Part shown: piece after piece, positions 10,276 to 20,382 of the stretch | Numbering within the stretch: the first letter of the stretch is position 1 | Layout: each line of letters begins with the position of its first letter | Assembly (NCBI GenBank): GCA_965198115.1 | Contig: OZ240241.1 | Coordinates: forward strand, 4,064,001 to 4,128,000 | DNA: 64,000 nt | Source: Candidatus Latescibacterota bacterium | GTDB taxonomy: Bacteria; Latescibacterota; UBA2968 | Direction of reading: 5' to 3' | Notes under the pieces: generated by a model | Told to the model about the DNA's origin: nothing | The model's input: the letters and a program-made list of their open reading frames with translations, nothing else | The model's database searches: none | Translations under genes and position numbers: made by a program

Positions 10276-12247
10276 TCAGTTGCGGACCGGCCTTGCGTTG
10301 AAAGCCTGCTCGGTGAGGTCCGACGTTTGATTTTCGATCTCGACCTGTGGGAGAGCGATGGTGACCCTCGTCCCCTCGTTCTCCGAGGAGTGGACGTCCA
10401 TCGTCCCGCCGAAGTCCTCGACGATCGTCCTGGAGATCGACAGTCCGAGGCCAGTCCCTTTGTCGGGGTCCTTGGTCGTGAAGAAGGGATCCCAGATCTT
10501 CACGAGAATCTCCGGCGGGATGCCGCAACCGTTATCGGCAACCTCGATACCGACCTCCGGACCCGCGTCACCGGAATTGATGTAGGTGCGCACGGAGATG
10601 CAGGGCGACCGACCGTTACGGCTACCCTCGAAGGCATCGTGTGCGTTGTTCATCAGGTTGATGAGAACTTCCTCGAGGGAATATGGGTTGGCAAGAACAG
10701 GGGGCAGGTTCTCTGCCAGGTCGGCCTCGAGCGCCACGTCGTGGGACCTGAATTGGGCCTGGAGCAGGTCCATCCCCGAAGAGACAACTTCGTTCACGAA
10801 AACCGGCGAAACGTCGGGCTTGCCTGCTTCCCGGGCGAACATACGGATGTGGTCGATGATGTGGACCATGCGGTCTGCCTGTTCGACGATGCCGGAAAGA
10901 CGATCCTTCATCTTGTCGTTCGTCACACTCCATCCACGATCGAGTGAAATAAGCAGGTGCTCGGCCAATCCCCTTACCCACGAGCGGCTGGTTGAGCTCG
11001 TGGGCAATACCGGCGGCCATTTCTCCGAGAGATCGCAGTCGGTCAGACCGCATGGCAAGTGCCTGCTGTGCTTCAAGCTCACTTTCCACTTTCCGACGGA
11101 CCTCCTCGGTACGGGCGTGTTCCTGGATTTCCAGCCTCAGTTCCTTGGTCCGGTCAGCGACGCGATCTTCCAACGTTCGATTGGCGTCCTCGAGATCTCT
11201 GTAAACGGATTGCAGATTCTCCGCCATCAGATTGTAGGATACGGCCAGACTACCTATTTCATCCTCAGTTCGGACCGTGACCCTGCCATCCAGATTCCCG
11301 GAGCCGAGTTGCTCCGCGGCATCCCTCAACTCGAGGATGGGCCGGCTCACTTTCGCCGAAACCCACATGCCAAACACAAGCGTCAGGATCACAGCCAGGA
11401 AGCCCGACATCAGGACCGACGTTCTGACGACGGCAACCGCGCTTTCGGCTTCGTCGGCGTCTTGGAAGAAGACTGTGAGTCCCGCGTCGGAAAACGGAGT
11501 CGCCTTTGCATAGCAATCGACCCCGCCGAGGGTGACACGCACGGGCGCCGTCTCATCGGTATTCGCGTCATCGAACAGATCCAGCAGCACGTCTACGTCC
11601 CCGTCGGACAGGACCAGGTCAGGTCGGTCTGAAGCAGTCCCGATCACGTGCCCCTGATAGAGGATCAGAATGTCCTTGTCGGTCGTTTCCCTGACCCGTT
11701 TTGCATAGGCGTCATTCAGTTGTTGGCCAAGGCAGAGGTATCCTAGAATCTGATTCGCAATGATGACCGGCGCGACCGCGACGCTGTAATGCCCATCTTC
11801 GTAGGCCCAGATGTCGGCGGACGTCTGACCGGACTGATTGACTATCATGGCGGAAGAGCCGAAATCTTCGCCGATGCGACGCGGCCTATCGGCGTCTGCG
11901 AGTAGCGACTCGCCGGCGTCCAACACCAGCATCAGATCGACGTCGCTTGCTGCGTGTAGTTCTCTAGCCGTGTAAAGAACCGTGTCGTGGTCAACATCCG
12001 GGATGCTCAAGACCGCCTTTAAGTAGGGTGTCTGTGCAACCGACCGAGCTTTGGACGTGAGAAGATCGGTTTGGAGGTGGCTGAGTTGAGTGTAGGCCTT
12101 CTCCGCTGTCCCCAGGTTGCGGGCAAGCTCCTCCTGCCCCATTCTCTCCATCAGTCCACCCGTCAAGAAGATCGAGAGCAGAATGAAGCTCAGCGAGACA
12201 CTGACCATGCCCAGAAAGAGCCTCGACCTGATACTCAAGCGCCTCAC
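10276..12247 (-). CDS. Sensor histidine kinase (TM-periplasmic-TM-HAMP-HisKA-HATPase), apparent 2-bp frameshift at ~10976
   Basis: Two TM segments, HAMP (RPI.EL..AA..LG.G.L...DEIG.LA..YN.M), AHELNQPL H-box, NLMNNA, DNGCG, DPFFTTK, GTGLGL. Confidence 0.9.
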
Positions 12248-13259
12248 TCAATATTTCCCCGAATAGGGTTGTCCGAATTTATTCGTATGCGCAATCAGCT
12301 TCTTGTCCTCGAGAATCGTAAACGTCTGGAATGTGGTGGATCGATTCGAGACGGATAGACGCTTGCGCTGTTCTTTCCCGTACTCGTGCCAGGTTCGGAG
12401 CACATATTCTCCATCCGGCACGTCGGATATGACGAAGAGACCTCTTCGGTCTGTCAGCGCGAAATACGGATTGTCCAGGACGATGATGTTCGCAGTCATT
12501 TGTCCGTGCATGTTGCAGTAGACCTTGACCCAACCGGGTGTTGAGAACGTGACCGATTTCGATTTTCCCGGGCGGTAAATGTCGAGGTCGAAAGGTTTGG
12601 ACTTTGAAAGAGAGAAGACATTGTGAAAGATCGTGTCATCATTCGGAAAATCGACGGTCGTGCCTCTCGTGACCGGAAGAACCCTGGGGGAGAATTTGCG
12701 GCCTTCCTGTGATATCGAGGGCTGGATCACTGGCCTCGGCCATTCGGTTCCAGTCTTCACGCGATCCAAAAAGACGACCACATTCGATCGGTCCTCCCGC
12801 TCCCCACCATCCATCTCCAGAATCTTGACCTCCTCCGGCGATAACGTTCGCCCTGCCCGGGTAGCGACCCGCTCTGTCGGTTGCGTTTCTGAACTTCACG
12901 TGGCAGGACACGCAGGTTCGACGCATTTCACCAACGATCTGGGACGCTCGCTGCTGCTGCTTTGCAGCCGCGGCCGTCAGATCGGAAAATCTTCGCTCCA
13001 GATCCCCAGCATAGCCTTTGAAGACATCGATCAAATCTTCGTTGATCTGCGGTGCAATGTTGGCCAATGAATCGACCGTCCCTTTCATCCGCGTGGTCGA
13101 ATCCAGCAACGTGTCGAAGTCACCTTCGTCAAGCGCCTTCTCAACCAGCCTCAGATCACCAGCGAGTGATGCCATCGCGTGTTTGCTTGGGCCAGGATTC
13201 ATCTCATAGCCTTGGGCGGCCACGAGGCAGCAGAGCATCAGTTGGATCAGTACGGTCAT
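12248..13259 (-). CDS. Probable cytochrome c' (CxxCH) - cupredoxin/carboxypeptidase-regulatory-like fusion protein, apparent +1 frameshift at ~12832
   Basis: Signal peptide, helical domain ending CVSCHVKFR; downstream domain with FPNDDTIFHNVFS and YCNMHGQM copper ligands; removing one G gives continuous NVIAG-EVKILEMDG. Confidence 0.72.
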
Positions 13260-13270
13260 TGCGTTCGGTC

Positions 13271-14602
13271 CTAAAAGGAAACCACGACTTCAAGGGCACT
13301 GAAATTTCTGTCGTCATCACCTGGCCGCAGAGGAGAGGCGTCAATGACCTCATAGCGATCGAGACCCACTTCCAGCTTTATGGCTACTCGCGGATTCGCT
13401 CGCCACCCGGCACCGACCGAGAATCTTTGGAGTCGCTTTGCGTCGTAGCCGAAGGCCTGATTGCCACCTGCCAGGAACTCGCCACCAAAGTGGTAGCCTG
13501 CGTTCGAATCATAGGTTCCGATCTCACTGTAACGGGCGACGACCCACAGATCGTGCCTAACGAAGAAGCGAGGCTGAACCATGAACCACGTGAGGTCCCT
13601 GTCGAAAGAACGGTCCTCGTCGTTGACGAACGCTCGTCCATAGGAGAATTCGAAGTCCAGCTTTCTGGATGCCTTGACCTTCGCGTAGCCCTCATAGAGA
13701 AGCGCGTCCACCATCTTGCTGGGACTTTGCCCGAGGGCGGATTCGCCCCATACGCCCACCGGCTGGAAGAGGCTCCCACCGAGTATCAGAGCGCTTGCTG
13801 CCGTCGCTCCGTTCTTCATGACGCTTGCACTGAGATAGAGGGGCGTCCACGGTGTACCGTAGAGCTTGAAGCTGACCGCCTTCGCAGGGTCGTCTTCAAC
13901 GCTTCGAGCGATGGTACCATCCATCATGGACGCAACCCATCCGATCCCCCTCAGCTTGCCATACAAAACCAGACCTTCGTCCCATAGCCAGGGGTAGGCC
14001 GCGGAATTGGAGATCAACGGATTGTCAGGCGCATCCTGCCACAGGTATTCCTCGCCAAAGGGGATGTCCACACGACCCACCTTGACGCTCAGAAGATCAT
14101 CCCCCCACCTTCGCAGGACATTGCGAAAGTGCGCGTAGACTTCCCCCGTACTCACAGATTGGCTGTTGTCCCTCTGAAGTGCGTTGGTCTGGATTTCAAA
14201 GAAGAATGAAATGTCATCCCACGCATTCGCCTCGACGAACAGTGTCGTTTCTTTGATCACGAAACCCGGTTCGGGTCGAGTTCCATCGCTTCCAGAATCG
14301 GCCAGCCAAAACGCGCCGAATCCCGAAACGCTGAGGTTTTGATGCCAGGGCCGCGTAAAGACGGTCCCCGAAGACTCGGTCTCGGAAATCGAGGCAAGTT
14401 CCTCCCCTGACAGATCGACCGAGTCTTCTACCTCTACGGTGTCTCTGATCTCGAGGCGCTGTCTCAGCGCTTCGATCTGCAGCCTCAGTCGCTCCAGCTC
14501 CGCGAGTTCCTCCCGCGTGGTCGACTGTCCTTCAATGGTTTCTCCTGCAGACGCAACGACTGGACACAGAATCAGAATTGCGACGATAAGAGCCTTGCCC
14601 AT
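13271..14602 (-). CDS. Outer-membrane beta-barrel/porin-like protein
   Basis: Signal peptide, short coiled coil, alternating beta-strand pattern, KVGRVDIPFG motif, C-terminal Phe (LEVVVSF). Confidence 0.8.
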   Translation of the reverse strand: MGKALIVAILILCPVVASAGETIEGQSTTREELAELERLRLQIEALRQRLEIRDTVEVEDSVDLSGEELASISETESSGTVFTRPWHQNLSVSGFGAFWLADSGSDGTRPEPGFVIKETTLFVEANAWDDISFFFEIQTNALQRDNSQSVSTGEVYAHFRNVLRRWGDDLLSVKVGRVDIPFGEEYLWQDAPDNPLISNSAAYPWLWDEGLVLYGKLRGIGWVASMMDGTIARSVEDDPAKAVSFKLYGTPWTPLYLSASVMKNGATAASALILGGSLFQPVGVWGESALGQSPSKMVDALLYEGYAKVKASRKLDFEFSYGRAFVNDEDRSFDRDLTWFMVQPRFFVRHDLWVVARYSEIGTYDSNAGYHFGGEFLAGGNQAFGYDAKRLQRFSVGAGWRANPRVAIKLEVGLDRYEVIDASPLRPGDDDRNFSALEVVVSF

Positions 14603-14663
14603 TGGGTTTCCTTTCGTAATCCGGTCGGTGTGGCCTTCGCGTTGATACTCAGGTCACCAGACT

Positions 14664-14679
14664 CGCAAAACGTGTACCA
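14664..14679 (-). promoter_or_regulatory. Sigma54 (-24/-12) promoter for the porin-cytochrome/cupredoxin-kinase operon
   Basis: Minus strand TGGTAC-ACGTT-TTGCG, exact consensus spacing, ~60 bp upstream of the ATG at 14602. Confidence 0.75.
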
Positions 14680-14829
14680 ACCGTTGGGGACCGGACAAAC
14701 CGCGTAAAACGAGGCCATACGGGTGCACGGGCAACGTCGAAACACGCAACCTTAGCCAAAAGTGCTAGCACGTCTGGTGGACGATGCAGGATCGGATATC
14801 GAGCGTGGAGATTCTGAGAGAGAGGCGCC

Positions 14830-17800
14830 TTAGCCGGCGGCTTCCGACTGTAGGCTATGGGATCCAACGGCAGGAAGGGAAATCGTGACGGTGGTACCTC
14901 GACCATCTTCCGTGTCGATTTGGATGACACCGCCGAAATCCTCGATGATCGCTCTGGAGATCGATAGTCCAAGCCCGGTTCCTTTGTCAGGATCCTTAGT
15001 CGTGAAGAATGGATCCCAGATCTTCGAAAGAACATCGGGCGGGATGCCGCTGCCGTTGTCTTCGACTTCGATGCCGAGCGGGCGAGCTTCCCCGGCATTG
15101 AAGGACGTGCGAACCGAGATGCGGGGCTCCGCTCCATTACTGCTATTCACCACCGCGTCGCGCGCGTTGTTTATCAGGTTGATCAACACTTCCTCGAGGG
15201 AAAACGGATTGGCAAGCACAGGAGGCATGTCCTCAGCGAGATCGACCTTGAGGACGACATCCTGCGACCTGAGCTGCGCCCCCACCAGGCCGATCCCCGA
15301 GGAAACGACCTCATTTACGGTAACCGAAGACGAATCCGGTTTCCCAGCTTCACGAGCGAATCTACGGACGTGGTCGATAATGTGGACCATCCGGTCGGCC
15401 TGCTCGACGATGCGTCCAACGCGGTCCCTCAGCTTGTCATCCGAAACCTTCCATCCTCGGTCCAGAGAAATCAGAACGTGCTCGGCCAGGCCACGAACAC
15501 CCACCAGGGGCTGGTTCAGCTCGTGGGCGATGCCTGCCGCCATTTCTCCGAGAGACCGCAGACGGTCAGCCCGAAAGATCAGACTTCGTTGGGTTTCCAG
15601 TTCCGTCTCAGCGGCCCGTCGAGCTTCGATCTGGTTCTTCAACTTCTCGTTCGCATCATTGAGGTGCCGGGTCCGTAGCATCACGCGGTTCTCTAGGTCA
15701 CGCTTGGCGTGACGCAGCTGGAAATGCATCCTCGTGGTCCGTATACCCAGCCCGACGATGACAAGAAATGCGATCGAGCCGCCCACGATCAGGCTCTGTT
15801 TCGCTCGAGAAAATTCCAGATGTAGAACCGTCGTGGCCTCGTTCGACCATCTGAGGTCCCGATCGATGAACTGCACTTCGAAGACGTATTGCCCACTACT
15901 CAGATCCGCATATTCCACGCGGCGGCTCCTCGTGGTCGACCAGGCGTCATCGAGTCCAACCAGACGGTAGCGGAAAAGTAGATTTCGGGGGTTTGTCTTG
16001 AAACTGATCCCCTCGAATTGGAAGGTTACCAGTCCTCCCTCCGGCGCCAAGACCCGAGAGGCGTCGCGGTAATGTCGATCGGCGATCACGGATCGGATGG
16101 CCGCAGTGGATGTCGATCCAGGATTCGGCCGGAATCGTGTCAGCCCGCCGTGGGTCGTGATCCAGTAGGCGCCTTCGGCGTCCTGCACCAGGCCTTCGAC
16201 CACATTGCTCGCCAGCCCGTCTCGTTGTGTGAGGCTGGCAAAGGCTTCACCATTAAACCGAGTCAAGCCGTTCTCTGTCGCGAACCAGAGATGGCCCCCC
16301 CGATCCTCGTAGATCGATTCCACTTCGTCCACCACAAGGCCGTTTCGGGCGGTCCAGGTCTGAAACGTCTCCCCATCGAACCGACTCACACCTCCATCCG
16401 TGCCGACCCACAGGGCTCCGTCTCGACCTTCCAGCAACGACTCTACCTCATTGTCCGGTAACCCGTCCCGATCAGTAAAAATGCGCCACTCGGCTCCGTC
16501 AAAACGACAGAGACCTTCATCCGTTCCCGCCCAGAGGTTGCCTTTGCTGTCCCCCAGAAGGCATTCGACTTTGTCGTGCGGCAGGACGTTTCGAGAATCG
16601 AATGCGGTGAATCCTCGCCCGTTGAAACGAAACAGCCCCCGATCGAAGGTCCCGAACCAGACGTTCCCTGCGCGATCCTCGGCAATGGACTCGATCTCGG
16701 CACGCTTCAATGCGTCACTCGCTGGGAAGGGAAGAAACCGGCGGCCATCGAAAAAGAAAGGACCGCTTTTGGTACCAATCCAAATTCTGCCCTTGCTGTC
16801 CTCGAACACTGGCTCGACGCTGCTCGAGGGAAGATTCTCCGGAAGGTCATAAGTGACAAATGTGTTTCCATCGAACCGCGTGACGCCGGCGTTCGACGAA
16901 ATCCAGAAGTCCCCATTTCGATCTACAAAAATCTGGTCCAATTCATCCAGAGGAAGGCCGTCCTCAGTCGTGTAGGTCACGAATTCTTGCCCACGATATT
17001 GGCTTAGTCCATCCTGAGTCCCAACCCAGAGGGCGCCCTCCCTGTCGCGCTTCAGGGAAAGGACCCCTGCAACAGGGCCGCCAGGAACGCGGGTCGTATG
17101 TTCACCATCGAACCGAAACAGCCCATCGGCTGTTCCTACCCAGACGGTGCGTCCCTCGTCCTCGACAATCGAAGTTACACGAAGTCCGTCCAATTCCAGC
17201 GGAAGGACGGTCCACACTCCTTCCCCACCCACTTGCCATACGCGGTCGGAATCGGTTACCCAAACGCCACCGTCTCTCGCGAGTCCTACAATCGCAACCG
17301 GAGCGTTCGCTACTCCAAGCGTTAGGTTGAGATCTTCGAGACGACCGTCGCTCATTCGGTAGAGACCCAAGTCGGACCCGAACCAAACCGAGCCCGATCG
17401 ATCTTCGATGATCACGTTTACCGGGACGGACTCGAGTCCAGTAACGACCTTGAAAGTGATTCTTCCTGCTTGCTCCAATCGAGCAGCGCCTCGGGCCATC
17501 CCCACCCAAAGACGTCCGGACCGGTCCTTGTGGAGCGCGCGCACCTCCTCTGAAGGCAAACCGTGTTTGCCACTGAGGTTGGTAGAGCCGCCATCAACAC
17601 GTCTGAACACACCCGAATCGGTTCCAACCCACAACTCACCTGAACCTCCCGGCAGGATCGCTCTTACACTTGTGTCGGCGAGCCCATCTTCCCGCGATGA
17701 TGTAGCAAAGGATCGGCCGTCGAAACGCGTGAGGCTCCCACCAGCGGCGAGCCACAGGTACCCCGTGCTATCCTGTACGATCGAGGTCACAGAACCACTC

Positions 17801-17940
17801 GGAAGTCCGTCACCCCTACCGAAGTGTCGCCAATGACCGCCGAGCTTTCCGACACGGAATCCTGTCGCTTGTTTCGCAGCATCCGCAGCCCCTGCTACCA
17901 GAAAGACCGAGACAATCGCCAGAAACGCCAGAGACCGCAC
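14830..17940 (-). CDS. Beta-propeller (Reg_prop/Y_Y_Y) sensor histidine kinase
   Basis: Many DGLP.....I.ED..G.LW.GT..GL repeats, YRYRL.G.D..W-type Y_Y_Y domain, TM, AHELNQPL, HATPase; start approximate (GTG 17940, after the upstream stop at 17969). Confidence 0.92.
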   Translation of the reverse strand: MRSLAFLAIVSVFLVAGAADAAKQATGFRVGKLGGHWRHFGRGDGLPSGSVTSIVQDSTGYLWLAAGGSLTRFDGRSFATSSREDGLADTSVRAILPGGSGELWVGTDSGVFRRVDGGSTNLSGKHGLPSEEVRALHKDRSGRLWVGMARGAARLEQAGRITFKVVTGLESVPVNVIIEDRSGSVWFGSDLGLYRMSDGRLEDLNLTLGVANAPVAIVGLARDGGVWVTDSDRVWQVGGEGVWTVLPLELDGLRVTSIVEDEGRTVWVGTADGLFRFDGEHTTRVPGGPVAGVLSLKRDREGALWVGTQDGLSQYRGQEFVTYTTEDGLPLDELDQIFVDRNGDFWISSNAGVTRFDGNTFVTYDLPENLPSSSVEPVFEDSKGRIWIGTKSGPFFFDGRRFLPFPASDALKRAEIESIAEDRAGNVWFGTFDRGLFRFNGRGFTAFDSRNVLPHDKVECLLGDSKGNLWAGTDEGLCRFDGAEWRIFTDRDGLPDNEVESLLEGRDGALWVGTDGGVSRFDGETFQTWTARNGLVVDEVESIYEDRGGHLWFATENGLTRFNGEAFASLTQRDGLASNVVEGLVQDAEGAYWITTHGGLTRFRPNPGSTSTAAIRSVIADRHYRDASRVLAPEGGLVTFQFEGISFKTNPRNLLFRYRLVGLDDAWSTTRSRRVEYADLSSGQYVFEVQFIDRDLRWSNEATTVLHLEFSRAKQSLIVGGSIAFLVIVGLGIRTTRMHFQLRHAKRDLENRVMLRTRHLNDANEKLKNQIEARRAAETELETQRSLIFRADRLRSLGEMAAGIAHELNQPLVGVRGLAEHVLISLDRGWKVSDDKLRDRVGRIVEQADRMVHIIDHVRRFAREAGKPDSSSVTVNEVVSSGIGLVGAQLRSQDVVLKVDLAEDMPPVLANPFSLEEVLINLINNARDAVVNSSNGAEPRISVRTSFNAGEARPLGIEVEDNGSGIPPDVLSKIWDPFFTTKDPDKGTGLGLSISRAIIEDFGGVIQIDTEDGRGTTVTISLPAVGSHSLQSEAAG

Positions 17941-19005
17941 GACGGAAGGAACCGTTCCCAGCCAAGCTCTACCCGCTGGTCGGCAGAATGACGGCAACTG
18001 TCGTTCCCTTTCCCGGCTTGCTGTCGACTGTGAGGGTTCCGCCAAACTCTTCCACGATGCCCTTCCGAGATCGACAGCCCCAGACCCGTCCCCTTGTCGG
18101 GGGCCTTGGTGGTGAAGAAGGGATCCCAGATTCTGGTAAGAAGGTCATCGGGGATCCCGCAGCCGTTGTCCCCAACTTCGATTCCGACCTTGGGCTGCGC
18201 ACCCTCGGCCTCGAGGTAGGTGCGCAGGGAGATACGCGGAGCCGAACCGTTCTGGCTTCCTTCCACGGCGTCACGCGCGTTATTCATCAAGTTGATCAGG
18301 ACCTCTTCGAGCGAAAAAGGGTTGGCCAGAACATTGGGCAGCTCTTCCGCTAGGTTGGCTTCGAGCGCAACCCCGTGCGACTTCAACTGGGCACCCAGCA
18401 GATCGATGCCAGAGGAAACGACTTCGTTCAAGGAAACCGGACACAAATCGGGCTTTCCGGCCTCTCGGGCGAACATCCGGATGTGATCGATGATGTGAAC
18501 CATGCGATCAGCCTGTTCGACGATGCGCCGGACACGATCTCTGAGCTTGTCTTCCGAAACCTCCCACCCTCGATCGAGGGAAATCAGAACGTGTTCGGCC
18601 AGTCCGCGAACACCCACGAGGGGCTGGTTCAGTTCGTGAGCGATGCCCGCGGCCATCTCTCCCAGGGATCGCAGCCGGTCGGATCGGATGCTGAGCGCGC
18701 GTTGCGCTTCCAGCTCACGTTCCGCGTTCATTCGCGCTTCGTCCGCCTCGATGCGCTGCGTGATGTCCACGAGTGAACCCACGATTTCCGTCGGTCTGCC
18801 GTTCTGGTCCCTGACCAGATGGGCCTGATCGTGAACCCATCGATACGCACCCGATTTGTTTAGGATTCGGTAGGCGTGGGCGTGCTGGTTTTTCGTGAAG
18901 ATTCCCGGGAATTCACCCATCACCCGGGGCAGATCCTCCATGTGGATGTTGTCGATCCAAAACGTCTCGTCGGACAAGACTTCATCCGGCTGATACCCGA
19001 GCAAC

Positions 19006-20382
19006 GAGCTACAATCAATAGGTGTGGAAAAATAGAAAAGGCGACCCTACACTTCCCGTGAGATAACAATATCCACGAAATACCGGGTTCACAGGCCCGG
19101 TGGGAAGGAGGATCGCCGTGGGAAAACATAAGTCGAAGTCCCCCTCGTTGTCCATGCCGACGTGGGAAACCCTTGAGGGGTGGTTGCGTAAGGAAATCGA
19201 GGTTCGCATTCAGTCCATCGTTGAGGAGGAAGTGACCCAGTTCCTCGGACGCGGGTGGTATGAGCGCAAAGAAGCCGTAGATGCAGGATCCGGTTATCGC
19301 AACGGCTATGGGAAGCTGCGGCGATTGTCGACCTCTTGCGGCACGATCCAGATCAAGCGGCCCCGTGTTCGCGGTTTGGAGGAGCGCTTCGAGAGCAGGA
19401 TTCTGCCGTTGTTCGCTCGGCGCACGAGAGAGGTGGGGGAACTGCTCCCGGAGCTCTATCTCCACGGTCTGTCTCAGGGCGACTTCGAGTTGGCCCTGCG
19501 AGGGCTTCTCGGTGATGGGGCTCCGCTCTCCCCCTCGTCGATTGCTCGCCTCCGCGGTCAATGGGAGGTTGATTACCAGACCTGGCAGGAACGACGCCTG
19601 GACGATCGTGAGCTCGTGTATGCCTGGGCCGATGGGATCTACGTCAAAGCCGGACTTGAGAAAGATAAGGCGTGTCTGCTTGTCGTGATCGGCGCCATGA
19701 GTGACGGCCGCAAAGAGGTTCTGGGCCTGGTGCCTGGGTATCGCGAGTCGACCGAGTCCTGGCTGGCTGTCCTTAGAGACCTACGGGATCGCGGCTTGGA
19801 TCACCCCATTCTGATGGCGGCCGATGGCAATATGGGCATCTGGTCTGCCGTCGATCAGGTCTGGCCGCACACCCGTCAGCAGCGGTGCTGGAACCACAAG
19901 ATTCTCAACGTCCCGGACCAGATCCACAAACGTCAGCAGCCTCAAGCTCGTGCACTGCTCGTCCAGATTCCCTATGCCAGCACGCGTCAGGATGCGGAGA
20001 AGCTGCGCAAGCAGTTCGTCGCACGATATCGCAACGAGTTCCCGAAGGCGGTGGCAACACTCGAACGGGATTGGGATAGGATGCTCACCTTCTTCGATTT
20101 CCCAGAAGAACACTGGCGCCACCTGAGAACGACCAACATCGTCGAGAGCCCCTTTGCATCCGTGCGGTTACGAACCAACGCCGCCAAACGCTACAAGAAG
20201 GTCGTCTCGGCAAGCGCTCTCATCTGGCGAACACTGATGGTCGCCGAGAAACGCTTCCGGCGACTCAATGCACCCCATCTGTTACACGTTGTTTATGCAC
20301 AGCACAACCAAACTATGACCACAATCGACTCCGGGAAGAAGCTGGCCGCCTGATCTATTTACACACCTCTTGACTCGACCTC
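19006..20382 (+). mobile_element. IS256-family insertion sequence
   Basis: Imperfect terminal IRs GAGCTACAATCAATAGGTGTG / GAGGTCGAGTCAAGAGGTGTG; 8-bp target duplication CGAGCAAC at 18998-19005 and 20383-20390. Confidence 0.95.
19100..20353 (+). CDS. IS256-family (mutator-type DDE) transposase
   Basis: YRNGY, LYLHGLS, YAWADG, ADG, QRCWNHK, LRTTNIVES motifs; intact ORF. Confidence 0.96.
   Translation: MGRRIAVGKHKSKSPSLSMPTWETLEGWLRKEIEVRIQSIVEEEVTQFLGRGWYERKEAVDAGSGYRNGYGKLRRLSTSCGTIQIKRPRVRGLEERFESRILPLFARRTREVGELLPELYLHGLSQGDFELALRGLLGDGAPLSPSSIARLRGQWEVDYQTWQERRLDDRELVYAWADGIYVKAGLEKDKACLLVVIGAMSDGRKEVLGLVPGYRESTESWLAVLRDLRDRGLDHPILMAADGNMGIWSAVDQVWPHTRQQRCWNHKILNVPDQIHKRQQPQARALLVQIPYASTRQDAEKLRKQFVARYRNEFPKAVATLERDWDRMLTFFDFPEEHWRHLRTTNIVESPFASVRLRTNAAKRYKKVVSASALIWRTLMVAEKRFRRLNAPHLLHVVYAQHNQTMTTIDSGKKLAA

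Noticed and set aside
12820-12840. Programmed frameshift in the cytochrome-cupredoxin gene
   Set aside because: No slippery heptamer, and similar indels occur throughout the window
16100-17830. Internal repetitiveness of the large kinase as a DNA repeat or diversity-generating element
   Set aside because: Explained by beta-propeller blade repeats at the protein level; no reverse transcriptase or template/variable pair
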